This document shows positions 1-8,896 of a stretch of 64,000 nt of DNA, piece by piece. The notes beneath the pieces were generated by a model. That model was given only the letters and a program-made list of their open reading frames with translations. It was not told where the DNA came from and made no database searches. The stretch covers positions 214,691-278,690 of the forward strand of contig JAYKHR010000045.1 of the NCBI GenBank assembly GCA_035285125.1, read 5' to 3'. The DNA comes from Candidatus Sericytochromatia bacterium (GTDB lineage: Bacteria; Cyanobacteriota; Sericytochromatia; S15B-MN24; JAQBPE01). The first letter of the stretch is position 1; every line of letters begins with the position of its first letter. A program made the translations under genes and the position numbers.

Positions 1-352
1 TCATGGCGCTCGCGAGGTAGGATCCGGCCTGCACCAGCAGGGCGCGGCCGTCGAGGGGCATCGCCACGATGTCGCCGGGGGTGCTGGGGGCCAGCGTGAC
101 CTCGCCGGGGGCCTGATCGGCCCGCACCGTCGTCACGAAGAAGCTCTCGCCGCCGAGCACCTTGCGCTTCAGCGCACCGAAGGCCGAGCCGAGCAGGCCC
201 TTGTTCTCGCTGCCGCCGTTCATCTTGGCCTCGAGCACGAGGTCCGACGACATGCTCACCATCGCGCCCGACTCGCAGCGGATCTCCTCGCCGCGTTCGA
301 GGTGCACGACGGCCAGCGAGTAGGACGGTTGGTAGGCGATCTCGTAACGCAT
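1..352 (-). CDS. TIGR00266/AIM24-family protein (3' end runs off the window)
   Basis: Manual translation from ATG 352: MRYEIAYQPSYSLAVVHLERGEEIRCESGAMVSMS...GALKRKVLGGESFF...GEVTLAPSTPGDI; SD AAAGGAG upstream; not in ORF track because it is partial. Confidence 0.85.
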   Translation of the reverse strand, partial: MRYEIAYQPSYSLAVVHLERGEEIRCESGAMVSMSSDLVLEAKMNGGSENKGLLGSAFGALKRKVLGGESFFVTTVRADQAPGEVTLAPSTPGDIVAMPLDGRALLVQAGSYLASAM

Positions 353-434
353 GGCACGCTCCTTTGGATGCAGGCAACGGTGCCATTCTAGGAGGCCGGG
401 GGGTGGCGCGCAACCTCGCGTGCCGCCCGCCTGA

Positions 435-932
435 TCACTCGAAGTAGGCCGTCGGCACCTCGGGCCCCGGGCGCCACGTCACGGGGCGCAGCAGCAGCCC
501 ACCCCCGATGCCGTGCGTCCGCCACCCCAGCAGCGGCAGGCCATGCAGCGTGCTCCAGGGGTGACGCCGGAGCCGCATCGTGATGGCGGGCAGCCCGTCG
601 CCTGCGTCCACCACCAGGCGGTAGGGGGCCTCCGGGAAGCGCTGGTCGATCGCGAGGCCGGCCTCCTGCAGCCGCGCGTGGCGCTCGGGCACGATCGCGC
701 CCCCCTCGACGGCCGCCGCGAGGCCAGCCGCGAAGGCGCGCAACACCTCGCCCTCCGCCTCGTCCCGCAGCAGGGGCGAGCCCGCCAGCGCCACGAAGCC
801 GAGGCGCACGCGCACCTGGCGCAGCGCCTCGTCGAGGCGCTCGCCGGCAGGCCGCACCGGTGCGGCGCCCGCGGCGGCCTGCAGCGCCAGCGTCAGCCCG
901 ATCCACCAGCCGAGCAGCCTGCCTGGGGCCAT
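435..932 (-). CDS. hypothetical exported protein
   Basis: 165-aa ORF with signal-peptide-like N-terminus; 3 nt downstream of the preceding gene's stop in a co-oriented chain. Confidence 0.6.
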   Translation of the reverse strand: MAPGRLLGWWIGLTLALQAAAGAAPVRPAGERLDEALRQVRVRLGFVALAGSPLLRDEAEGEVLRAFAAGLAAAVEGGAIVPERHARLQEAGLAIDQRFPEAPYRLVVDAGDGLPAITMRLRRHPWSTLHGLPLLGWRTHGIGGGLLLRPVTWRPGPEVPTAYFE

Positions 933-935
933 CGC

Positions 936-1265
936 TCAGCCCCCCTGCAGCCGCTTGCGCATGGCCTGGTAGTCCTCCCAGGCCGACGGCCCCCCCCCGA
1001 GGACCGCCTCGTCCGACACCTCCTTGAGGCGCTCGGCCAGGTGGCGCTCCAGCTTGGGAGCCTTGGGGCGCGGGGGGTTCGGTGCCGGGCGGCCCCCCCC
1101 GCGCGTGAAGCGGTCCGTGGTGTCTCGCCCGGCCAGGTGCTCCGGCAGCTCGACCTCCGGCGCGGGCTGTGGCGCAGCTGGCCGGGGCCGCCGCGTCACC
1201 TCCAGGTGGTCGCGCACCTCGCCCAGGGCGGCCCGCAGGTGGGGCTCCAGCTCGTCCTCGCTCAC
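936..1265 (-). CDS. hypothetical protein (109 aa)
   Basis: GTG at 1265 overlaps the TGA of the upstream gene (GTGA); MSEDELEPHLRAALGEVRDHLEV... Confidence 0.6.
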   Translation of the reverse strand: MSEDELEPHLRAALGEVRDHLEVTRRPRPAAPQPAPEVELPEHLAGRDTTDRFTRGGGRPAPNPPRPKAPKLERHLAERLKEVSDEAVLGGGPSAWEDYQAMRKRLQGG

Positions 1266-1543
1266 CGTGCCTCCCCCGGGCCCACGCCCGCCTCCAGCCC
1301 GTAGATGGCCAGGTAGCGGTCCACCCGCGCCTGCAGCGTCGGCAGCGGGGCGACCTCCAGGCAGACCCAGTCGGGCTGGTAGCCCCGGCACACCGCCGGC
1401 CGCGACTCGTAGATGGTGCACAGGCAGTCCGCCCCCAGGTGGCGGCAGCGCTCGCCGAGCGCCTTGCCCAGGGTGCTGATGTCGGGCGCGACGCAGCACG
1501 CCCCGCAGGCCAGACAGTCCAGCTTCGCCTCGCTGGCCGTCAC
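1262..1543 (-). CDS. YkgJ-family cysteine-cluster (CxxCxxCC) protein
   Basis: CLACGACC...CRHL...CLCTIYESRPAVCRGY motif; GTGA overlap with the PBP gene. Confidence 0.85.
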   Translation of the reverse strand: MTASEAKLDCLACGACCVAPDISTLGKALGERCRHLGADCLCTIYESRPAVCRGYQPDWVCLEVAPLPTLQARVDRYLAIYGLEAGVGPGEAR

Positions 1544-3633
1544 TCCCCCCCCTCGATGAGCTGGGGCTGGCCCCCGCCCGTCAGCGGGGTGGGCTCTTCA
1601 CGGGGTGCGGCCTCCGTCGGCGGCGGCGGCACCGGCGTCGGCTCCAGCGTGGGCAGGGGCTCGGCCAGCGGCGACCCCTGCAGCACGGGCAGCTCCGGCT
1701 GGGCCTCGGTGGGCGGTGGCGTCGGCGTGGCGAAGGTTGGCTCCACGGGCAGGCTGCCTGCGGGATCGGCCGAGGCACTGGCGGTGGCCTCCGGGTCGGC
1801 GGCCGCGGCCATGGCCAGGCCCCGGACCGGCAGGCCCCGGTGGGCCGCGCGCATGAAGCGAGACCAGAGAGGGGCCGCGAGCTGGCCGCCGGTGGCCGTG
1901 CGGCCCAGGCGCGAGTTGTCGTCGTTGCCCAGCCACACGACGCAGGCGAGGTCGGGGGTGTAGCCCGCGAACCACGTGTCGCGGTTCTCGCTGGTCGTGC
2001 CCGTCTTGCCGCCCGCCGGGCGACCGATGTTGGCGCCGGCCCCCGTGCCGTAGGTGACGACGCCCGCGAGGCAGCGGTGCAGGGACGCCACGGCATCCGC
2101 CGGGAACACGGGGGCCCCGCTCGTCATCGTCTGTTCGATCAGCTGCCCCGCCTGGTCTTCGACCCGCGAGATGAGGTGCGGCTCCGCGTAGGTGCCGTCC
2201 GCAGCCAGCGTGGCGTAGGCCCCCGCGAGCTCCAGCGGGGTCACCTCGGCCGACCCCAGCGCCACCGAGAGCTCTGGCGGCAACGGGCTGGTGATGCCCG
2301 CGAGGCGGGCCGTCTTGATCACCTCGTCGATGCCGACCTGGTACGCGACGCGGACGGCCGGGACGTTGTACGAGAAGGCCAGCGCGCGCTCGTAGGACAC
2401 GCTGCCGTGGAAGCGGTGGTCGTAGTTCAGGGGCTTGTAGCCGTCGAAGTTCGCCGGGGCGTCCTCGACCATGGAGGCGGGCCCGAAGCCCTTCACGAAG
2501 GCGGCCAGGTACACGAAAGGCTTGAACGTGGAGCCCGGCTGGCGGTGGGCCTGAACGGCGCGGTTGAACTGGCTGGCGTCGTAGCTGGTGCCGCCCACGA
2601 GCGCCCGCACCGCCCCGGTGCCGGGCTCGACCGCCACCAGGGCCCCCTGGCCGACCTTGAAGCCGCGGGCGCTCGCCACGCCGGTGCGGATCAGCCGCTC
2701 GGCCTCCTCCTGAAGCCCGAGGTCCATCGTGGTATGGATGCGCAGCGCCCCGCGTTCGACGAGGTCGCGCCCGAGCCGCTCCGTCAGGAGGCTCAGCACG
2801 TGGCTCGTGAAGTACGGGGCGCGGTAGGCGTAGTCCGGCGTGTTCGCGAAGCGCAGCTTTCGCGCGGCGGCCTTCTCGGCCTCGGCGGGGTCGAGGTAGC
2901 GGGCGTCGACCATCCGCTGCAGCACCACCTTGCGCCACTGCTCGGCCACCTCCGGCTTGCGGTAGGGCGACCGGTACTCGGGCGCCGGCAGCAGCGCGGC
3001 CAGCTGGGCAGCCTCTGCGACCTCGAGATCCCTCGCCTTTTTGCCGAAGTATTTACGGGTGGCTGACTCGACCCCGTAGGCACCATGACCGAAATACACC
3101 TGGTTGAGATACATCTCGAGGATCTTGCGCTTGGGCAAGGTGCGCTCCAACTGCAGGGCCAGCCACATGTCGGCGACCTTGCGGCTGACGGTGCGGTCCG
3201 CGCTCAGGAACAGGTTCTTGGCGAGCTGCTGCGTGATGGTGCTGCCGCCGCCCCGCTCGCCGCGCGTGAAGAGCGCCCTGGCGAGGCCCCTGGGGTCGAG
3301 CCCGTGGTGGTCGTAGAAGCGGATGTCCTCGGCAGCGATCACGGCCTGCTGGACGGCCGGGGCGATCTCGTCGAGCGGCACGATCTCACGGTTCTCGCCG
3401 TTTTGCAGGCTGGCGACCACCCGCCCGTGGCGATCAAAGATGGTGGTGGCGCCCGTGGGCCGGGCCGCGAGCAGGCGCTCGACGGGGGGGATGTGCCACA
3501 CCATGAACCCCACGCCGGTGGCGAGGCCTGCCACGCTCGTGGCGCCGAGCAATGCGGCCGCGAGGAGCCAGCGCTTGAGGCGGGAAGGCCCCCGGCGCGA
3601 GGGCGGTTGGCGGCGTCGAGAGGTTCGCGGCAT
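1540..3633 (-). CDS. class A penicillin-binding protein (PBP1A family) with Pro-rich C-terminal tail
   Basis: N-terminal TM; transglycosylase EDIRFYDH, GGSTITQQLAKN; transpeptidase STFK, SYN, KTGT. Confidence 0.95.
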   Translation of the reverse strand: MPRTSRRRQPPSRRGPSRLKRWLLAAALLGATSVAGLATGVGFMVWHIPPVERLLAARPTGATTIFDRHGRVVASLQNGENREIVPLDEIAPAVQQAVIAAEDIRFYDHHGLDPRGLARALFTRGERGGGSTITQQLAKNLFLSADRTVSRKVADMWLALQLERTLPKRKILEMYLNQVYFGHGAYGVESATRKYFGKKARDLEVAEAAQLAALLPAPEYRSPYRKPEVAEQWRKVVLQRMVDARYLDPAEAEKAAARKLRFANTPDYAYRAPYFTSHVLSLLTERLGRDLVERGALRIHTTMDLGLQEEAERLIRTGVASARGFKVGQGALVAVEPGTGAVRALVGGTSYDASQFNRAVQAHRQPGSTFKPFVYLAAFVKGFGPASMVEDAPANFDGYKPLNYDHRFHGSVSYERALAFSYNVPAVRVAYQVGIDEVIKTARLAGITSPLPPELSVALGSAEVTPLELAGAYATLAADGTYAEPHLISRVEDQAGQLIEQTMTSGAPVFPADAVASLHRCLAGVVTYGTGAGANIGRPAGGKTGTTSENRDTWFAGYTPDLACVVWLGNDDNSRLGRTATGGQLAAPLWSRFMRAAHRGLPVRGLAMAAAADPEATASASADPAGSLPVEPTFATPTPPPTEAQPELPVLQGSPLAEPLPTLEPTPVPPPPTEAAPREEPTPLTGGGQPQLIEGGE

Positions 3634-3742
3634 CTGAGTCGTGGCCCGCGCGGGCGCGCGGCAAGGGGGGGAGGCCCGCCATTATACCCGATGCGGTTCC
3701 GGCAGGCCTGCCAGGCGGCGTCGGGCCGCCGTTGGCGCCGCA

Positions 3743-3763
3743 ACCGATCACCGATCACCGATC
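3743..3763. repeat. heptamer tandem repeat (ACCGATC)x3 in the divergent intergenic region
   Basis: accgatc accgatc accgatc read directly. Confidence 0.8.
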
Positions 3764-3806
3764 CGCGGCGCTGCGCGGGGTATGGATCAAGTCAGGCTTG
3801 CGGAAC

Positions 3807-4646
3807 ATGAGGAAAACCTGGATCTCTCGCCAAGCGGCGCTGGTGGCCGCCTGTCTCGCCGTCGTGCTCGCCGCTGGGCCAGCGGCGGCCGAGGCCCCCA
3901 TGTGCGTGATGTGCGGCAAGGAAATCGGCCCTGGCCGCTACGTGCAGGACCAGTGGCGGGCCAACTTCCACCTCCAGCACCAGAACGCCCCGCGCTGCTA
4001 CTACTGCGCGCGGGCCATCTCGCCCTTCAACACGGGGGGGGGCGTGCGCTACCCCGGCGGCCGGGAGGTGTGCAACGTGTGCCACCAGACGGCCATCACC
4101 GACCAGGGCCAGGCTGAGGCCGCCATGGAGCGGGTCCGGGCCCGCATGACCGCCTGGGGGCTGAGCTTCGACTACGGCCAGATCCCGGTGCGGCTCGTGG
4201 AGCAGGGCACGCTCAACGCGATGTACGGCCGCGGCAACGCGATGCATGACGGCAACATCAACGGCCTCACGACCAAGCGCTGGACCAAGGACGACAAGGG
4301 CCGCGTGCTGGCCCGCGAGGTCACCATATCCATGCTGCGCGGGCTGCCGCTCGAGGTCTACGAGAAGACGATGGCCCATGAGCTCATGCACGCCTGGATG
4401 TTCCTCGACCGCCAGCCCGAGCACGATCCGGCCCTCGAAGAGGGCGTGTGCAACCTGGCGGCCTACTACGTGCTGCAGGAGAACGACAACGAGCTCGCCG
4501 ACTTCACGCGCGAGGCGATGTGGCGCTCCCGTGACCCGGTCTACGGCGGCGGCCTGCGGCGCGCCATCGCCTTCGTGCGGCGCCACGAGTTCCCTGGCCT
4601 CGTGAAGATGCTGCGTGATCACCGGGACTTCCCGCCGGGGTTCTGA
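3807..4646 (+). CDS. secreted DA1-like zinc metallopeptidase with LIM-like Cys/His motifs
   Basis: Signal peptide ending AAA; CVMC, RCYYC, VCNVC; AHELMHAW, EEGVC, DPVYGGG. Confidence 0.8.
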   Translation: MRKTWISRQAALVAACLAVVLAAGPAAAEAPMCVMCGKEIGPGRYVQDQWRANFHLQHQNAPRCYYCARAISPFNTGGGVRYPGGREVCNVCHQTAITDQGQAEAAMERVRARMTAWGLSFDYGQIPVRLVEQGTLNAMYGRGNAMHDGNINGLTTKRWTKDDKGRVLAREVTISMLRGLPLEVYEKTMAHELMHAWMFLDRQPEHDPALEEGVCNLAAYYVLQENDNELADFTREAMWRSRDPVYGGGLRRAIAFVRRHEFPGLVKMLRDHRDFPPGF

Positions 4647-4839
4647 GCCGGCCCTGCTCCCTCGGTCGGCTGGATCAAAGCGCCTGCGACGGCGATAATG
4701 GCTTGGCCGGCAACCTCCCGCAAGGCGCGGGTGGGAACGCTCCCCCCTCTGGCCGGCTCGGCGCGCTGAGCGGCTTTTGAGCAGGCCTTCACGCCTCGCC
4801 ACACCACGCCACGACCTCAGCCCCCTGACTCCATTGCCC

Positions 4840-6099
4840 ATGACCACCCCCCCGCTCGTCGACACCCTGCTCGTCAACATCGGCGAGCTGTGCACCCTCG
4901 CCGGCCCCGCCGCGCCGCGGCGCGGCGCGGCGCTGCGCGAGGTCGGCACGCTCGCCGACGCGGCGATCGCCCTCGCGGACGAGCGCATCGCCTGGCTCGG
5001 CCCCTCCCGCGACGCCGCCTCGGCCGTCACGCTCAAGCCTGACGGCCTGCTGCTCGACGCCGGGGGCCTCACGGTGACGCCGGGCCTGGTGGACCCCCAC
5101 ACCCACCTCGTGTTCGGCGGCAGCCGCGCCGACGAGTTTGCGCGCCGCCTCGAGGGCGTCAGCTACGCCGAGATCCTCGCGGCGGGGGGCGGCATCCACC
5201 ACACCGTCTCCCACACCCGCGCCGCCACCCGCGAGGCGCTCGTGGCGTCGGGGCGGGCCCGCCTCGCGAGGATGCAGGCCAACGGCACCACCACGCTGGA
5301 GGCCAAGAGCGGCTACGGCCTCGACCTGGAGACGGAGCTCAAGCAGCTCGAGGCCATCGCCGAGCTCGCCGCCGAGGGCCCCCTGGAGCTCGTGCCGACC
5401 TTCATGGGGGCGCACGCCGTGCCCCCTGGAGAGGACGCCGACGCCTTCGCAGACCGCGTCGCCACGCAGATGATCCCCGTCGTCGCGGCCCGCCAGCTTG
5501 CACGCTACGTGGATGTGTTCTGCGAGCAGGGCGTGTTCTCGCCGGCCCAGACCGAGCGCATCTTCGCCGCGGCGCGCGCCCACGGCCTGGGGCTGCGGCT
5601 GCATGCCGACGAGCTGTCCGACCTGGGGGGCGGCGCGCTGGCCGCCCGCTGGGGGGCCGCCTCGGCGGACCACCTGCTGTGCACGGGCCCTGACTCCATC
5701 GCCGCGCTCGCGGCCTCCGACACCGTGGCTGTCATGCTGCCTGGCACGCCGTTCTTCCTCGGCATGAGCGAGCGGGCCCCGGCGCGGCGCCTGATCGACG
5801 CCGGGGTGGCGCTGGCCCTTGGGACGGACTTCAACCCGGGCTCGTGCTACTCGGAGTCGATGCCCATGATGATGACGCTGGCCTGCCTGCACCTGCGGCT
5901 CACGCCCTCCGAGGCCCTCACGTGCGCCACCTTCAACGCGGCCCATGCGCTGGGGCTCGCGGACCGCATCGGCAGCCTGGAGGTGGGCAAGCAGGCGGAC
6001 CTCGTGGTGTGGGACATGCCAAGCCACCACCACCTGGCCTACCACTTCGGCGTCACCCTGGCCCGGCATGTCATCAAGAAGGGGCGGCTGTTGCCGTGA
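4840..6099 (+). CDS. hutI: imidazolonepropionase
   Basis: DPHTHLVFGGSRADEF, EAKSGYGL, GAHA, DVFCE, LHADEL, TDFNPG motifs. Confidence 0.95.
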   Translation: MTTPPLVDTLLVNIGELCTLAGPAAPRRGAALREVGTLADAAIALADERIAWLGPSRDAASAVTLKPDGLLLDAGGLTVTPGLVDPHTHLVFGGSRADEFARRLEGVSYAEILAAGGGIHHTVSHTRAATREALVASGRARLARMQANGTTTLEAKSGYGLDLETELKQLEAIAELAAEGPLELVPTFMGAHAVPPGEDADAFADRVATQMIPVVAARQLARYVDVFCEQGVFSPAQTERIFAAARAHGLGLRLHADELSDLGGGALAARWGAASADHLLCTGPDSIAALAASDTVAVMLPGTPFFLGMSERAPARRLIDAGVALALGTDFNPGSCYSESMPMMMTLACLHLRLTPSEALTCATFNAAHALGLADRIGSLEVGKQADLVVWDMPSHHHLAYHFGVTLARHVIKKGRLLP

Positions 6100-8129
6100 G
6101 CCTCACCCACCACCTCGCCTCCGCTGGCCTGGCGGCGCTGCTGGCGCTGCCCGTGCCCCTGGGGCTCGCGTCCCCCCCGCCGGCCGAGCCGGTCCCCGCG
6201 GCCTCGGCTGTCCCGCTGGCCGTCACGGAGGCCAGCGTGGCGCTGGAGCTGCTGGCAGGCGCGCGGCGGCTGAGGGGCGAGGCGCGCCTGCGGGTGCCGG
6301 CTGGCCCCGGGGGCCTCACGGAGGTGCTGCTGCACCCTGGCCTCGTGCCGACGCGCCTGGCGCTGGCCGGGCGCCCCCTCGCCTGGCGCAGAGAGGGCGC
6401 CAGGCTCCTGCTCGCGCTGCCTGCGGCGTTTCCCGGCGGGGTGCTGGAGGTGGCCTGGGCCGGGCGCCCGCACCTGACAGGTCCCGCGGGCCTGCGCCAG
6501 GACGTGGAGCCCCGCCTGGCGCTGCTGCGCCCCGGCGGGGGCTGGTGGCCGAGCCCGCCCGAGGCGGCCCCGCGCCTGGCGCTCACCCTCACGCTGCCGG
6601 AGGGCTGGCGCGCGATCGCCGTCTGCCCGCGTGCCGAGTTCCGCCGCGAGGGGCGCGTGGCCCGCCTGTCGGCCGCCGAGCGCGAGCCCGTGGGGCTCGT
6701 GGCTGGCCCCCTCGTGCCCCTGGTGCGGGCCGGGCTGCCCGGCTGGGGCCCGCCCGGGGCCCCCGGCGAGGAGCGCCCCGCCCTGCCGACGGCCTTGCGC
6801 GCGCGCGGGCTCGTGCCCCGCCCGGGCCTGCGCTGGCTCGAACTGCCCGCGGGCTACGCCCCGGTGGCCTGCGAGGGGGTCTCGGCCGCGCCCCGCGCGC
6901 CTGGCCCGGCGAGCGCCCGGGCGGCGGCCCTGGCCCTCGCCCCGCAGGGCGACTTCGCCGAGGCGCCCGAGCGGGCCTGGCTGGTGGAGAGCCTCGCCTG
7001 GCACCTGGCCGCCACCAGCGAGCGCGGCCCTGGCCCCGCGCCGCAGGCCCCGGACCTCGCGCGGGACTACGCGGCCTCCATCGACGAGGCCGGGGCCCGT
7101 GACGTCCCGCTGCGGGAGGCGCTGAGCGCCGCACCGTCGGTGCGCGAGGCCGTCGTCGGCACCAAGGGCGGGCTCGCCTGGGGGCTGCTGCGATCGGCCC
7201 TCGGCGAGGAGGCCTTCTGGGCGCTCGTGAAGGCGTGGCACGCCGAGCTGCGCGCCGGGCGAGGCGGCTGGGAGGCCTTCGCCGCGCTCGCGCCGCAGCC
7301 TGTCGGCTGGCTCTCCTCGTGGCTCAACGAGCGGGGGCTGCCGGCGCTGGGCTTCGAGGGCGTGCGCGTCGAGCAGGCCGAGGGGCAGTGGCGCGTCATG
7401 GGGACGCTGGCGCACCGCGTGGGCCTGCTCGGCGTGCCCACTGACCTCGTGCTGATCACCGAGGAGGGCGCCGAGCGGGTGCCCTTCCGAACCTTCGAGG
7501 CCCGCATGCCGTTCACCTTCGTGACCCGGAGCCGCCCCCTGCGCCTGGTGCTGGACCCGGCCGACCGGGCCCCCCTCGTTCGCCGCCGGCACCTGCGCAT
7601 CCGGGACGCCGCCGAGCAGCCGAACGCCGTCGTCGTGCAGGGCAGCCAGGGCGACGCGGCCCTGAACGAGGCGATGCGGCAGGCGGCCGAGCAACTCGCG
7701 CGGCGCCTGGCCGGCCCGGGCGGCCAGCCCAGGGCGGTGCGCCGCGACACCGAGTTGACGGCCGAGGAGCGCGCGGGCGCCCTCATCCTGGTGGGCCGCC
7801 CGGGCGTCCATGCCCTGGCCAGCGAGTGGGCCGACCAGCTGCCCGTCCGCTTCTCGGCGGCCGGTGCCGCGGGCCTCGATGGGAAGCTGCTCTGGTGGCA
7901 GGGGCGCACCTGGACACGCCCGGAGGTCGGCGTCGTCGCCGCGATCGCCAACCCGCTCGCGCCTGAGCAGCAGGTGCTGCTGGTGGCCGGCCTGTCGCCC
8001 CGCGCCCAGCTGGAGGCCCTGAGGCACCTCCGCCGGACGTCCACCTTCTGCATCTTCGACGAGCGTGGGCCGACCGAAGAGGGGGAGGCCCTGCGTCCGT
8101 TCCCCGACCTCGAAGTACCGCTCTACTGA
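6096..8129 (+). CDS. exported M1-aminopeptidase-like protein lacking the catalytic zinc motif
   Basis: GTGA overlap with hutI; signal-like N-terminus; WLVESLA, KGGLAWGLLRSALGEEAF, WLNERGLP resemble the M1 scaffold; no HEXXH. Confidence 0.55.
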   Translation: MSLTHHLASAGLAALLALPVPLGLASPPPAEPVPAASAVPLAVTEASVALELLAGARRLRGEARLRVPAGPGGLTEVLLHPGLVPTRLALAGRPLAWRREGARLLLALPAAFPGGVLEVAWAGRPHLTGPAGLRQDVEPRLALLRPGGGWWPSPPEAAPRLALTLTLPEGWRAIAVCPRAEFRREGRVARLSAAEREPVGLVAGPLVPLVRAGLPGWGPPGAPGEERPALPTALRARGLVPRPGLRWLELPAGYAPVACEGVSAAPRAPGPASARAAALALAPQGDFAEAPERAWLVESLAWHLAATSERGPGPAPQAPDLARDYAASIDEAGARDVPLREALSAAPSVREAVVGTKGGLAWGLLRSALGEEAFWALVKAWHAELRAGRGGWEAFAALAPQPVGWLSSWLNERGLPALGFEGVRVEQAEGQWRVMGTLAHRVGLLGVPTDLVLITEEGAERVPFRTFEARMPFTFVTRSRPLRLVLDPADRAPLVRRRHLRIRDAAEQPNAVVVQGSQGDAALNEAMRQAAEQLARRLAGPGGQPRAVRRDTELTAEERAGALILVGRPGVHALASEWADQLPVRFSAAGAAGLDGKLLWWQGRTWTRPEVGVVAAIANPLAPEQQVLLVAGLSPRAQLEALRHLRRTSTFCIFDERGPTEEGEALRPFPDLEVPLY

Positions 8130-8182
8130 CGGCAGCCAGGGGGCTCAGCGAACCTCTGCGAGGCGGGACCGAGGCGCTGGCG

Positions 8183-8872
8183 TCAAGACGGCGGGGTTGC
8201 GGGCGTCGGCGTCGCCTGGAGCGCGGGGTCTTCCTTGGCCACCACGGCCTTGAGGATCTTGTCGCCGATCTGAAGGCTTCGCACCACGTCCATGCCCGTC
8301 ACGACCTGGCCGAACACGGTGTACGACTCGTCCAGGTAGGGTGCGTCGTTGGTGGTGATGAACATCTGGCTGTCACCCGAGTTGGGGTCTGCGCCGTGGG
8401 CGAGCCCCACCGTCCCTGCCAGGTACCGCACCGTCTGGCCCTTGAACTCTGGCGGAATGGTCTTGCCGGAGCCGCCCCCCTTCCCCACGTCGGGGTGCGA
8501 GGCTGGCAGGGTGCGCGTCTTGGGGTTGCCGAACTGCACCACCGTCTGCGACACGAGCCGGTGCACCAGCAGCCCGTTGTAGAAGCCGCTGCGCGTCAGC
8601 CTGACGATCTGCTCCACGGTGCGCGGGGCTTCCCGCGGAAACGTCACGAAGGTGAAGCTGCCGCGGCTGGTCTCGAAGCTCAGGCGCGCCCCCAGGTGAA
8701 GCAGGTGCCCCGCGTTCTCTTCCATGTCGGCGATCGAGGCGCCGGGGAACCGGTCCGCCGGCGCCGGCGTGGACCGCGCCTTGCCGCCCATCGCAAGCGC
8801 ATCGGGGGCTCCGAGCGCCAGGCTGCAGGTCAGGAGCGACCATGCGAGGGTGGAAGTGATACACGTGCGCAT
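8183..8872 (-). CDS. exported cyclophilin-type peptidyl-prolyl isomerase
   Basis: APRTVEQI, GFYNGLLVHR, GTVGLA, SGDSQMFI, YTVFGQVVTGMDVV; signal peptide. Confidence 0.9.
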   Translation of the reverse strand: MRTCITSTLAWSLLTCSLALGAPDALAMGGKARSTPAPADRFPGASIADMEENAGHLLHLGARLSFETSRGSFTFVTFPREAPRTVEQIVRLTRSGFYNGLLVHRLVSQTVVQFGNPKTRTLPASHPDVGKGGGSGKTIPPEFKGQTVRYLAGTVGLAHGADPNSGDSQMFITTNDAPYLDESYTVFGQVVTGMDVVRSLQIGDKILKAVVAKEDPALQATPTPATPPS

Positions 8873-8896
8873 GAGGCGGCATTGTAGCAGCCAGCT

